DNA of 64,000 nucleotides from Escherichia coli (GTDB lineage Bacteria; Pseudomonadota; Gammaproteobacteria; Enterobacterales; Enterobacteriaceae): NCBI RefSeq assembly GCF_965641715.1, contig NZ_OZ282453.1; one strand, 5' to 3'. Shown piece by piece: positions 55,074 to 64,000 of this stretch (position 1 is its first letter; each line of letters starts with the position of its first letter). The notes under the pieces were generated by a model. It saw only the letters and a program-made list of their open reading frames with translations, ran no database searches and was not told where the DNA came from. The position numbers and the translations under genes were made by a program.

Positions 55074-55771
55074 AAAACATCGCCGCACAGATGGTTAACT
55101 TTGACCGTGAGCAGATGCGTCGGATCGCCAACAACATGCCGGAACAGTACGACGAAAAGCCGCAGGTACAGCAGGTAGCGCAGATCATCAACGGTGTGTT
55201 CAGCCAGTTACTGGCAACTTTCCCGGCGAGTCTGGCTAACCGTGACCAGAACGAACTGAACGAAATCCGCCGCCAGTGGGTTCTGGCTTTCCGGGAAAAC
55301 GGGATCACCACAATGGAACAGGTTAACGCAGGAATGCGCGTAGCCCGTCGGCAGAATCGACCATTTCTGCCATCACCCGGGCAGTTTGTTGCATGGTGCC
55401 GGGAAGAAGCATCCGTTATCGCCGGACTGCCAAACGTCAGCGAGCTGGTTGATATGGTTTACGAGTATTGCCGGAAGCGAGGCCTGTATCCGGATGCGGA
55501 GTCTTATCCGTGGAAATCAAACGCGCACTACTGGCTGGTTACCAACCTGTATCAGAACATGCGGGCCAATGCGCTTACTGATGCGGAATTACGCCGTAAG
55601 GCCGCAGATGAGCTTGTCCATATGACTGCGAGAATTAACCGTGGTGAGGCGATCCCTGAACCAGTAAAACAACTTCCTGTCATGGGCGGTAGACCTCTAA
55701 ATCGTGCACAGGCTCTGGCGAAGATCGCAGAAATCAAAGCTAAGTTCGGACTGAAAGGAGCAAGTGTATGA
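55070..55771 (+). CDS. P: Replication protein P (DnaB loader)
   Basis: 233 aa matching lambda P; overlaps the O stop. Confidence 0.9.
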   Translation: MKNIAAQMVNFDREQMRRIANNMPEQYDEKPQVQQVAQIINGVFSQLLATFPASLANRDQNELNEIRRQWVLAFRENGITTMEQVNAGMRVARRQNRPFLPSPGQFVAWCREEASVIAGLPNVSELVDMVYEYCRKRGLYPDAESYPWKSNAHYWLVTNLYQNMRANALTDAELRRKAADELVHMTARINRGEAIPEPVKQLPVMGGRPLNRAQALAKIAEIKAKFGLKGASV

Positions 55772-56058
55772 CGGGCAAAGAGGCAATTATTCATTACCTG
55801 GGGACGCATAATAGCTTCTGTGCGCCGGACGTTGCCGCGCTAACAGGCGCAACAGTAACCAGCATAAATCAGGCCGCGGCTAAAATGGCACGGGCAGGTC
55901 TTCTGGTTATCGAAGGTAAGGTCTGGCGAACGGTGTATTACCGGTTTGCTACCAAGGAAGAACGGGAAGGAAAGATGAGCACGAACCTGATTTTTAAGGA
56001 GTGTCGCCAGAGTGCCGCGATGAAACGGGTATTGGCGGTATATGGAGTTAAAAGATGA
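55768..56058 (+). CDS. ren: Ren (Rex exclusion escape)
   Basis: 96 aa matching lambda Ren. Confidence 0.85.
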   Translation: MTGKEAIIHYLGTHNSFCAPDVAALTGATVTSINQAAAKMARAGLLVIEGKVWRTVYYRFATKEEREGKMSTNLIFKECRQSAAMKRVLAVYGVKR

Positions 56059-56131
56059 CCATCTACATCACTGAGCTAATAACAGGCCTGCTGGTAATCG
56101 CAGGCCTTTTTATTTGGGGGAGAGGGAAGTC

Positions 56132-56572
56132 ATGAAAAAACTAACCTTTGAAATTCGATCTCCAGCACATCAGCAAAACGCTATTCACGCGGTACAGCAA
56201 ATTCTTCCAGACCCAACCAAACCAATCGTAGTAACCATTCAGGAACGCAACCGCAGCTTAGACCAGAATCGAAAGCTTTGGGCTTGCCTTGGTGACGTCT
56301 CTCGTCAGGTTGAATGGCATGGTCGCTGGCTGGATGCAGAAAGCTGGAAGTGTGTGTTTACCGCAGCATTAAAGCAGCAGGATGTTGTTCCTAACCTTGC
56401 CGGGAATGGCTTTGTGGTAATAGGCCAGTCAACCAGCAGGATGCGTGTAAGCGAATTTGCGGAGCTATTAGAGCTTATACAGGCATTCGGTACAGAGCGT
56501 GGCGTTAAGTGGTCAGACGAAGCGCGACTGGCTCTCGAATGGAAAGCGCGATGGGGAGACAGGGCAGCATGA
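56132..56572 (+). CDS. ninB: NinB (Orf)
   Basis: 146 aa from [19 protein letters not shown]…, matching lambda NinB. Confidence 0.85.
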   Translation: MKKLTFEIRSPAHQQNAIHAVQQILPDPTKPIVVTIQERNRSLDQNRKLWACLGDVSRQVEWHGRWLDAESWKCVFTAALKQQDVVPNLAGNGFVVIGQSTSRMRVSEFAELLELIQAFGTERGVKWSDEARLALEWKARWGDRAA

Positions 56573-56751
56573 GACGACAGCGACGAAGTTTCACCGACAT
56601 CATCTGCGAAAACTGCAAATACCTTCCAACGAAACGCTCCAGAAATAAACGCAAGCCAATCCCAAAAGAATCTGACGTAAAAACCTTCAACTACACGGCT
56701 CACCTGTGGGATATCCGGTGGCTAAGACATCGTGCGAGGAAAACAAGGTGA
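56569..56751 (+). CDS. ninD: NinD
   Basis: 60 aa [32 protein letters not shown]… matching lambda NinD. Confidence 0.8.
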   Translation: MRRQRRSFTDIICENCKYLPTKRSRNKRKPIPKESDVKTFNYTAHLWDIRWLRHRARKTR

Positions 56752-56918
56752 TTGACCAAAATCGAAGTTACGAACAAGAAAGCGTCGAGCGAGCTTTAAC
56801 GTGCGCTAACTGCGGTCAGAAGCTGCATGTGCTGGAAGTTCACGTGTGTGAGCACTGCTGCGCAGAGCTGATGAGCGATTCGAATAGCTCGATGCACGAG
56901 GAAGAAGATGATGGCTAA
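56748..56918 (+). CDS. ninE: NinE
   Basis: GTG start; …[41 protein letters not shown]… matching lambda NinE. Confidence 0.75.
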   Translation: MIDQNRSYEQESVERALTCANCGQKLHVLEVHVCEHCCAELMSDSNSSMHEEEDDG

Positions 56919-57522
56919 ACCAGCGCGAAGACGATGTAAAAACGATGAATGTCGGGAATGGTTTCACCCTGCATTCGCTAATCAGTGGTGGTGCTCTCCA
57001 GAGTGTGGAACCAAGATAGCACTCGAACGACGAAGCAAAGAACGCGAAAAAGCGGAAAAGGCAGCAGAGAAGAAACGACGACGAGAGGAGCAGAAACAGA
57101 AAGATAAACTTAAGATTCGAAAACTCGCCTTAAAGCCCCGCAGTTACTGGATTAAACAAGCCCAACAAGCCGTAAACGCCTTCATCAGAGAAAGAGACCG
57201 CGACTTACCATGTATCTCGTGCGGAACGCTCACGTCTGCTCAGTGGGATGCCGGGCATTACCGGACAACTGCTGCGGCGCCTCAACTCCGATTTGATGAA
57301 CGCAATATTCACAAGCAATGCGTGGTGTGCAACCAACATAAAAGCGGAAATCTCGTTCCGTATCGCGTCGAACTGATTAACCGCATCGGGCAGGAAGCAG
57401 TAGACGAAATCGAATCAAACCATAACCGCCATCGCTGGACTGTCGAAGAGTGCAGGGCCATCAAGGCGGAGTACCAACAGAAACTCAAAGACCTGCGAAA
57501 TAGCAGAAGTGAGGCCGCATGA
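56908..57522 (+). CDS. ninG: NinG (Rap, recombination-promoting nuclease)
   Basis: 204 aa matching lambda NinG/Rap as remembered. Confidence 0.85.
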   Translation: MMAKPARRRCKNDECREWFHPAFANQWWCSPECGTKIALERRSKEREKAEKAAEKKRRREEQKQKDKLKIRKLALKPRSYWIKQAQQAVNAFIRERDRDLPCISCGTLTSAQWDAGHYRTTAAAPQLRFDERNIHKQCVVCNQHKSGNLVPYRVELINRIGQEAVDEIESNHNRHRWTVEECRAIKAEYQQKLKDLRNSRSEAA

Positions 57523-57565
57523 CGTTCTCAGTAAAAATCATTCCAGATAACAAGGGAGAAGGCGC

Positions 57566-58084
57566 ATGGGCATAAGAGAACTAAACCTCACCAAAGAGCA
57601 GCACGAGTGGCTGAATGGCTGGCTTGAACTGTGGGGAGCATGGGTTTATTCAGGTCGTCTGGAAAAGCGCATGAGCAGCGTAATAGCTAAGTTCATGGAG
57701 AGCGTAGAGCCGGGAAGAGTTATGACAAGGCCAATGTGTAATGATGATGATGGAATGTTGATTTCTCAGGTCGTCGATTCCGTCATGTACATTGACAAGA
57801 AAGCCTTTGGCATCCTCCTCAGCTACTACGCTCATGGTTCATCTAAGCGAGCAATTGCATCCTACTATCACGCGACTGCAAAGCCACGCAAGATGTGTGG
57901 ACGTGGTGGCGAGGGATGGAGAAAACCTTCACTGGCAACCTGTAGAAACGAAATTGACGACATCCTGAAAGCGTCGTTATTTGTTTTGTACCAGCCAATG
58001 CAAAATGCTTTCAAAATGCGTAAACGTGTTGAGAAAGTTAAGCATGTTGCTGTTAAAAGCCTTGACATGCAATTAGCCATTTAG
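57566..58084 (+). CDS. Putative late-gene antiterminator (Q-like, non-lambda type)
   Basis: 172 aa at the Q position between nin genes and lysis cassette; N-terminal W-rich and …CNDDDGM… segments resemble Q-like proteins of other E. coli prophages; not lambda Q. Confidence 0.5.
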   Translation: MGIRELNLTKEQHEWLNGWLELWGAWVYSGRLEKRMSSVIAKFMESVEPGRVMTRPMCNDDDGMLISQVVDSVMYIDKKAFGILLSYYAHGSSKRAIASYYHATAKPRKMCGRGGEGWRKPSLATCRNEIDDILKASLFVLYQPMQNAFKMRKRVEKVKHVAVKSLDMQLAI

Positions 58085-58146
58085 CCATAATTAGCAGGTA
58101 AGCTGCCGTTAATGACTCTTAAGTTGCAACGGTGGCTTTTTTATTT

Positions 58147-58221
58147 GGGTCAGTCGTATAAAGGTCATTACGGAAGGCTGTTAACCTTCTTATCGTGGTT
58201 CGAGTCCACGCTGTCCCGCCA
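58147..58221 (+). tRNA. Phage-encoded tRNA-like gene, anticodon GTT (Asn) by manual folding
   Basis: Manual cloverleaf: acceptor gggtcag/ctgtccc (one mismatch), anticodon stem gaagg/ccttc, loop ctGTTaa, T-arm cgtgg-ttcgagt-ccacg, 3' gcca. Confidence 0.5.
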
Positions 58222-58226
58222 AATAT

Positions 58227-58302
58227 ACTGGTTTAGCTCCAATGGTAGAGCAGTCGCCTTGTAAGCGAATGGGTAGCGGTTCAAGTCCGTTAACCAGCAC
58301 CA
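58227..58302 (+). tRNA. Phage-encoded tRNA-like gene, anticodon TGT (Thr) by manual folding
   Basis: Manual cloverleaf: D-arm gctc-caatggta-gagc, anticodon stem gtcgc/gcgaa (one mismatch), loop ctTGTaa, T-arm agcgg-ttcaagt-ccgtt, acceptor actggtt/aaccagc with 1-72 mismatch, 3' acca. Confidence 0.45.
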
Positions 58303-58544
58303 TAACTGAGCCGTAGCCACTGGCTATCCTGAATTCATCAGTGATAGTTATGCTGCGGCCTTCTACACATGACCTTCGTGAAAGCGGGTGGCAGGAGGTT
58401 GCGCTAACAACCTCATGCCGTTTTGCCCGTGCATATCGGTCACGAACAAATCTGATTACTAAACACAGTAGCCTGGATTTGTTCTATCAGTAATCGACCT
58501 TATTCCTAATTAAATAGAGCAAATCCCCTTATTGGGGGTAAGAC

Positions 58545-58868
58545 ATGAAGATGCCAGAAAAACATGACCTGTTAGCCGCCATTCTCGCGGCAAAGGAACA
58601 AGGCATCGGGGCAATCCTTGCGTTTGCAATGGCGTACCTTCGCGGAAGATATAATGGCGGTGCGTTTACAAAAACAGTAATCGACGCAACGATGTGCGCC
58701 ATTATCGCCTGGTTCATTCGTGACCTTCTCGACTTCGCCGGATTAAGTAGCAATCTCGCTTATATAACGAGCGTGTTCATCGGCTACATCGGTACTGACT
58801 CGATTGGTTCGCTTATCAAACGCTTCGCTGCTAAAAAAGCCGGAGTAGAAGATGGTGGAAATCAATAA
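58545..58868 (+). CDS. S: Holin S (class I, dual-start MKM)
   Basis: 107 aa essentially identical to lambda S as remembered. Confidence 0.95.
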   Translation: MKMPEKHDLLAAILAAKEQGIGAILAFAMAYLRGRYNGGAFTKTVIDATMCAIIAWFIRDLLDFAGLSSNLAYITSVFIGYIGTDSIGSLIKRFAAKKAGVEDGGNQ

Positions 58869-59328
58869 TCAACGTAAGGCGTTCCTCGATATGCTGGCGT
58901 GGTCAGAGGGAACTGATAACGGACGTCAGAAAACCAGAAATCATGGTTATGACGTCATTGTTGGCGGAGAGCTATTCACTGATTACTCAGATCACCCTCG
59001 CAAACTTGTCACGCTAAACCCCAAACTCAAATCAACAGCAGCCGGACGTTACCAGCTTCTTTCCCGTTGGTGGGATGCCTATCGTAAGCAGCTTGGCCTG
59101 AAAGAGTTCTCTCCCAAAAGCCAGGACGCTGTTGCGCTGCAGCAGATTAAGGAGCGTGGCGCTTTGCCGATGATTGATCGCGGTGATATCCGTCAGGCTA
59201 TCGACCGTTGCAGCAATATCTGGGCTTCACTGCCGGGGGCTGGTTATGGTCAGTTCGAGCATAAGGCTGACAGCCTGATTGCAAAATTCAAAGAGGCTGG
59301 CGGAACGGTCAGAGAGATTGAGGTATGA
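58852..59328 (+). CDS. R: Endolysin R (lytic transglycosylase)
   Basis: 158 aa matching lambda R. Confidence 0.95.
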   Translation: MVEINNQRKAFLDMLAWSEGTDNGRQKTRNHGYDVIVGGELFTDYSDHPRKLVTLNPKLKSTAAGRYQLLSRWWDAYRKQLGLKEFSPKSQDAVALQQIKERGALPMIDRGDIRQAIDRCSNIWASLPGAGYGQFEHKADSLIAKFKEAGGTVREIEV

Positions 59329-59765
59329 GCAGAGTAACCGCGATTATCTCCGCTCTGGTTATCTGCATCATCGTCTGCCTGTTATGGGCTGTTAATCATT
59401 ACCGTGATAACGCCATCGCCTACAAAGAACAGCGCGATAAGGCCGCATCCATCATCGCTGACATGCAGAAGCGTCAACGTGATGTCACTGCACTGGATGC
59501 TAAATACACTGGAGAACTGGCTGATGCCAAAGCCACTATTGATCAGCTTGAGCGCGATGTTGCTTCTGGCAAACGTCGGTTGCAGCTCAACGCAAGCTGT
59601 CCCGCGAACGGAGCGACCAGCACCGGCAGCCTGGGCGATGCTTCCAGCCCCGGACTTACTGACTCCGCTGAACGGGATTATTTCACCCTCAGAGAGCGTA
59701 TCGTCACAGTGACGAAGCAGGTTGGCTATTTGCAGGACTACATCAACACCCAATGTCTGAAATGA
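59325..59765 (+). CDS. Rz: Spanin inner-membrane subunit (i-spanin)
   Basis: 146 aa: N-terminal TM, coiled-coil; lambda Rz-like ends with a divergent middle. Confidence 0.85.
   Translation: MSRVTAIISALVICIIVCLLWAVNHYRDNAIAYKEQRDKAASIIADMQKRQRDVTALDAKYTGELADAKATIDQLERDVASGKRRLQLNASCPANGATSTGSLGDASSPGLTDSAERDYFTLRERIVTVTKQVGYLQDYINTQCLK
59524..59712 (+). CDS. Rz1: Spanin outer-membrane lipoprotein subunit (o-spanin), embedded in the +1 frame of Rz
   Basis: Embedded ORF with signal/lipobox-like LLLANVGC, Pro-rich segment, C-terminal …[11 protein letters not shown]; start chosen at internal Met of track ORF 59404..59712. Confidence 0.6.
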   Translation: MPKPLLISLSAMLLLANVGCSSTQAVPRTERPAPAAWAMLPAPDLLTPLNGIISPSESVSSQ

Positions 59766-59803
59766 GCTATGATTCTGTTTTCAATTATTAAAGGAAGATA
59801 ATA

Positions 59804-60004
59804 ATGACTAATAGAGAAATAGCTCTTGAGCAAGCCCTTATCGCTGTTATCGGCGCTATCCGAGAAGAGGATGCTGATTTGGAGCGCATAGCAGTTAGGG
59901 CTGACATGCTTTTGCTGGATAATTCACCTTATCGAATAGTTGAGCATCCCCATGTCTCAAACGCTTTAACTGAAATTGAAAAAGCACTTAATTTCAAAAA
60001 GTAA
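59804..60004 (+). CDS. Hypothetical small protein (66 aa) downstream of the lysis cassette
   Basis: Clean ORF followed by a strong intrinsic terminator. Confidence 0.45.
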   Translation: MTNREIALEQALIAVIGAIREEDADLERIAVRADMLLLDNSPYRIVEHPHVSNALTEIEKALNFKK

Positions 60005-60008
60005 ATCA

Positions 60009-60031
60009 AGCCGCCTCCGGGCGGTTTTTTT
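60009..60031 (+). terminator. Intrinsic terminator
   Basis: ccgcc-tccg-ggcgg hairpin followed by TTTTTTT. Confidence 0.7.
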
Positions 60032-60375
60032 GTTGCCATCACCATGGGTTGGCTCATCGTAATGGCAATATCTCCACAAGCGGATAAAGAGGCTCTCAAT
60101 GTTCGATATCTACCAAATCACTATCACCACCACATCGAAATAAACGTTCACCGGCATGATGAATCGGAGCCAGCCTGAAATCGTTAATGGGTTCGAGGCA
60201 CTGGCGACCGAAACGGGCGAGTGGCTGTATTTCGCTCCGGCCGATGTGAAGTGCGTGCAGTTCACGCCAGTACCGGAAGAGCAGACCGAACAGCCAGAAG
60301 AACAAACAACGGAGTAACGAATGAGCAAACCGGACTGGGAGGCCATCGAAACGGCGTACCGGTTTGCTTTATAAA

Positions 60376-60891
60376 TTAAGCCACACGGTTTCCGATAGTT
60401 GCTGGAAGAGGGATCAAAATTTCCCAGAATGGCTGTTGGGAAAACGTAGTTCCAGCCCAGTAATGTTCAATTTGATAGGTATAAACGAGGCAGGAGTTAG
60501 CATTGTTCAAAAGTGCCATATCACCTCTGTGAATTAAATCTTCATCAGCCTCAACTTCATAAATTGGAGAGTGAGGGTTCCTGTATTGCGACCTAAAGGC
60601 GATGGCTCCTTCTAATGTTTCACACGCAAAAATGCATTCATATCTTGATGGTGCGGAAGGCCGCATTGCTCTTCTATAAAACTCTAGCCCCCAATCTATC
60701 GAAAAGTTGATATGTCCTGCTATCGCGTCGGCAGAAAGAAAATAGCCATCGCCATGCTTTGATACTCCGCGTGGGAAAAGACTATTAACCATAACTTGTA
60801 ACTCTAGTGGCTGAATAGATGGGGTGATAGGTCTAACCATCATTCCATGAGAGTAGTAATTACCTGAGTCAACTGTGTAGTAAGTGGTCAT
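60376..60891 (-). CDS. Hypothetical protein (~171 aa), convergent accessory gene between lysis and packaging modules
   Basis: ORF 60376..60918 trimmed to the internal Met (MTTYYTVDSG…) to avoid divergent overlap with the terminase small-subunit start; Tyr/His/Trp-rich, no family recognised. Confidence 0.45.
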   Translation of the reverse strand: MTTYYTVDSGNYYSHGMMVRPITPSIQPLELQVMVNSLFPRGVSKHGDGYFLSADAIAGHINFSIDWGLEFYRRAMRPSAPSRYECIFACETLEGAIAFRSQYRNPHSPIYEVEADEDLIHRGDMALLNNANSCLVYTYQIEHYWAGTTFSQQPFWEILIPLPATIGNRVA

Positions 60892-60911
60892 AAAATACCC
60901 AAGGAAAAACA

Positions 60912-61463
60912 ATGGCACTCACCGACAAGCAAGAAATGTTCTGTCGCGAGTACCTCATCGATTTAAACGCTACGCAAGCGGCTATTCGGGCGGGGTACAG
61001 CGCAAAGACAGCCAACCGTACTGCGTCCGAAAACATGTCAAAACCTGACATACAATTCAGAATCTCCGAATTGAAAGCGCAACGCAATGACTCTGTTGGA
61101 ATAAATGCAGAATATGTACTTAATCGCCTTATTGAAATCGACCAGATGGATGTGCTTGACATTCTCCTGCAAAACGGTGAGCTGAAACCCATCAAAGACT
61201 GGCCTAAGGTATGGCGCACAACGCTATCAGGAATGGATGTCGTGGAGATGGTATCCGCAGATAGCGCCGCACTTCTGAAGAAAATCAAATGGCCTGATAA
61301 GGTTAAAAATCTTGAATTGCTTGGGCGTCATGTTTCTGTTCAGGCGTTTAAAGACAACGTCAAAAATGAAGTTACTGGCGCTGATGGAGGACCAGTCAGA
61401 ACAGAAATTACCAACTTAACGCCGGAGCAGGCTGCAGAGGCGTATAGAAAAATGATGGGCTAA
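60912..61463 (+). CDS. Terminase small subunit
   Basis: 183 aa with N-terminal DNA-binding block ([34 protein letters not shown]) typical of phage small terminases; directly upstream of the large subunit. Confidence 0.75.
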   Translation: MALTDKQEMFCREYLIDLNATQAAIRAGYSAKTANRTASENMSKPDIQFRISELKAQRNDSVGINAEYVLNRLIEIDQMDVLDILLQNGELKPIKDWPKVWRTTLSGMDVVEMVSADSAALLKKIKWPDKVKNLELLGRHVSVQAFKDNVKNEVTGADGGPVRTEITNLTPEQAAEAYRKMMG

Positions 61464-61465
61464 GT

Positions 61466-63088
61466 ATGCCGTTACCATTTCCCTTCGATTTTAAACATCC
61501 TGATTACCAGATGGTTTTTGAATGGCGGATGGAACGCCTACAGCGCATTCGCCAGAATCCTGAAATATTGCCTGCACTAAAACAGTTTTACCGAACCAAT
61601 CCGGCTCAGTTCATCATCGACTGGGGCATGACAACGGACCCGCGTAATATTGATTATGGCCTGCCGGTGACCATTCCGTTTTTACTCTTCCCTAAGCAGG
61701 AGGAGTGGATCCACTGGATTATGGAACGCTGGGGCAATCGGGAGAATGGTATTACCGAAAAATCCCGTGAAATGGGGCTCAGTTGGACCGCGATCGGACT
61801 GGCCTGCTCGCTTTGTCTCTTCAACAAAGAAATGGTTATCGGTTTCGGCTCCCGTAAAGAGGAATACGTCGACAGCACCGGTGACCCGAAAGCATTGTTC
61901 TGGAAGGCGCGCAAGTTCGTGGAAACACTACCTGTAGAGTTTCGCGGTTCGTGGAGCGAGAAGAAGCACGCGCCATATATGCGTGTTGAGTTTCCTGAAA
62001 CTGGTGCCGTTATCAAAGGCGAGGCTGGCGATAATATTGGTCGTGGTGACCGTACCACGCTTTATCTGGTTGATGAGGCTGCATTCCTTCAGCGTCCTCT
62101 GCTGATTGATGCGGCGTTGTCACAAACGACGCGTTGCCGTATTGACCTGAGTTCAGTTAATGGCATGGCGAACCCGTTCGCTCAGAAGCGTCATGGCGGG
62201 AAGATACCGGTATTCACATTCCACTGGCGGGATGATCCTCGCAAGGATGAAGAGTGGTATCGCAGGGAATGCGAGAAAATCGATAATCCGGTGGTGGTGG
62301 CACAGGAACTTGATCTGAACTACAGCGCATCAGCGGAAGGCGTCCTGATTCCATCCGAATGGGTACAGGCTGCCGTTGATGCGCATATCAAACTGGGGAT
62401 CCAGCCAACAGGCAAACGACTTGGCGCGATGGATGTCGCCGACGAAGGCAGGGACAAAAATGCCTTTTCCACCCGTCATGGCTTCCTCCTGGAGAATGTG
62501 CGGGAATGGTCCGGTGTGGGCAGCGACATTTATCAGACCGTCGAGAAGGTTTTCGGCTTTTGCGAACAGGACAACCTCGAAGAGTTTCGCTTTGACGAGG
62601 ACGGGCTGGGCGCTGGCGTTCGCGGCGATGCACGCGCTATCAACGAACTGCGTAACGCTGCGCGTCGACCGTCAATACTCGCCACACCGTTTCGAGGTAG
62701 TGGCGCGGTATTTGATCCGGATGATGAAGCTGTTCGCGGGGACAACGGGCAAGCCGCACGTCTGAACAAGGACTTCTTCGCTAACGCCAAAGCCCAGAGC
62801 TGGTGGCGGTTACGTAAACTTTTCCAGAACACCTACCGTGCCGTGGTTGAGGGCATGGCCTACAACCCGGACGAAATCATCTCAATCAGCAGCGCCATGG
62901 CGAGCAAAGACAAACTCATCATCGAGCTGTCGCAGCCGACCTACTCCATTAACGGCGTGGGGAAAATCGTTGTTGATAAACAGCCTGACGGCACCAAGTC
63001 GCCGAACCTCGCCGACTCGGTGATGATCAGCTACGCGCCAATGAATTCAGCCCTGAACATCTGGGAGCTGCTAGGGAGACAGGCCTGA
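61466..63088 (+). CDS. Terminase large subunit
   Basis: 540 aa; ATPase-like N-terminal region and nuclease-like C-terminal region; position between small terminase and portal. Confidence 0.75.
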   Translation: MPLPFPFDFKHPDYQMVFEWRMERLQRIRQNPEILPALKQFYRTNPAQFIIDWGMTTDPRNIDYGLPVTIPFLLFPKQEEWIHWIMERWGNRENGITEKSREMGLSWTAIGLACSLCLFNKEMVIGFGSRKEEYVDSTGDPKALFWKARKFVETLPVEFRGSWSEKKHAPYMRVEFPETGAVIKGEAGDNIGRGDRTTLYLVDEAAFLQRPLLIDAALSQTTRCRIDLSSVNGMANPFAQKRHGGKIPVFTFHWRDDPRKDEEWYRRECEKIDNPVVVAQELDLNYSASAEGVLIPSEWVQAAVDAHIKLGIQPTGKRLGAMDVADEGRDKNAFSTRHGFLLENVREWSGVGSDIYQTVEKVFGFCEQDNLEEFRFDEDGLGAGVRGDARAINELRNAARRPSILATPFRGSGAVFDPDDEAVRGDNGQAARLNKDFFANAKAQSWWRLRKLFQNTYRAVVEGMAYNPDEIISISSAMASKDKLIIELSQPTYSINGVGKIVVDKQPDGTKSPNLADSVMISYAPMNSALNIWELLGRQA

Positions 63089-64000
63089 TGGCACGAAACA
63101 AGCAAGCCTCTCAGCGAACGGCACAGGCCACCGCTGATGGCTATGAGAACTTTGTCGCCCGCGTGGGGATGCAGACGCCTAACCAGCACTCAGCATCGAC
63201 CTACCGGGCTAACTTCACCAGCCGCAACCGCATGCTGGTGGAATGGTCCTATCGTTCGTCCTGGATCATCGGCGAAGCGGTCGACGCTATCCCGGACGAT
63301 ATGACCCGGAAAGGCATTCGCATCACTTCGGAGATTGACGCCAAAGACCGTGGCACCCTGGAAGCGCAGCTGGATGAGTTGCAGATCTGGGAGGCGCTGA
63401 ACGACGTGCTGAAATGGTCGCGTCTCTACGGCGGCGCGGTTGGCTTCATCATGATTGAGGGGCAGGCACCAATGACCCCGTTGCGGCTCGAAACCATTGG
63501 AGAAGGCAAGTTTAAGGGCATTCTCCCGCTCGACCGCTGGATGATTAACCCGGTGCTGACCCGCCGCATTAAAGAGATGGGGCCGGACCTGGGTAAACCT
63601 GAGTTTTACGACGTGGTGACCACTGCAACGGGCATCCCGGCCTGGCGCATCCATCACAGCCGCCTGATTCGCTTCGACGGGGTGACGCTGCCATTCCAGC
63701 AGAAGATGACCGAAAACGAATGGGGAATGTCGGTTGTAGAGCGTATCTGGGATCGGCTTACTGCGTTCGACAGCGCCACTGTCGGCGCGGCGCAGCTGGT
63801 CTACAAAGCGCATTTGCGTACCTACAGCGTGGAGAAGCTACGCGAGCTTATCGCACTTGGTGGTCCTGCGTATGAAGCGTTGCTGAAGAATATCGACCTG
63901 ATTCGACAGTTCCAGAGCAATGAAGGCATGACGCTCATGGACTCGCGGGATAAGTTTGAAACCCATCAGTACAGCTTCAGTGGTCTGGATGACATCCTTT
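63087..64000 (+). CDS. Portal protein (N-terminal part, runs off the window end)
   Basis: Hand-translated open frame from ATG 63087 ([22 protein letters not shown]…) to the window end; absent from the track because no stop is reached; overlaps the terminase stop. Confidence 0.65.

Noticed and set aside
58085..58146. Possible pR'/tR' or qut element downstream of the Q-like gene
   Set aside because: Only a weak hairpin with a T-run (around 58120-58148) is visible and it overlaps the first tRNA-like gene; not enough to call.
63190..63813. 207-aa ORF on the minus strand
   Set aside because: It lies antisense to the open plus-strand frame that continues from ATG 63087 as a portal-like protein; high-GC antisense frames stay open by chance.
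1..64000. CRISPR arrays or cas genes
   Set aside because: No regularly spaced direct repeats with unique spacers were seen. The only tandem repeats are the ori iterons inside O and the (PQ)n coding tract.

Overview
The window has three parts. (1) 1-32.5 kb is an Escherichia coli chromosomal backbone, colinear with (and inverted relative to) the K-12 glk-fry-ypd-alaC-lpxP-frc/oxc-evgSA-emrKY-dsdAXC region. (2) ~32.5-44.3 kb is a very AT-rich accessory island: two divergent FimB/FimE-family tyrosine recombinases, a candidate invertible promoter switch, a LuxR-type regulator, a 2639-aa autotransporter and a Skp/OmpH-like chaperone. It resembles the recombinase-switch-LuxR-autotransporter loci reported in uropathogenic E. 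coli (ipuA/ipuR/upaE-like, fimX/hyxR-like), so it is probably a described system type rather than a new one; the exact switch boundaries are inferred only. (3) ~44.7-64 kb is the attR-proximal part of a lambdoid prophage, apparently integrated at tRNA-Arg (argW) in a KplE1-like arrangement (torI-like excisionase at the att end, no adjacent integrase). It carries lambda-like recombination, replication, nin and lysis genes, a P22-type immunity region, a phage-21-like N, a Q-like antiterminator, two tRNA-like genes and a non-lambda packaging module. The parts I could not assign are small accessory genes at both ends of the prophage; I found no CRISPR array or recognisable defence system. All identities are from reading the translations against remembered protein families; no database search was run.
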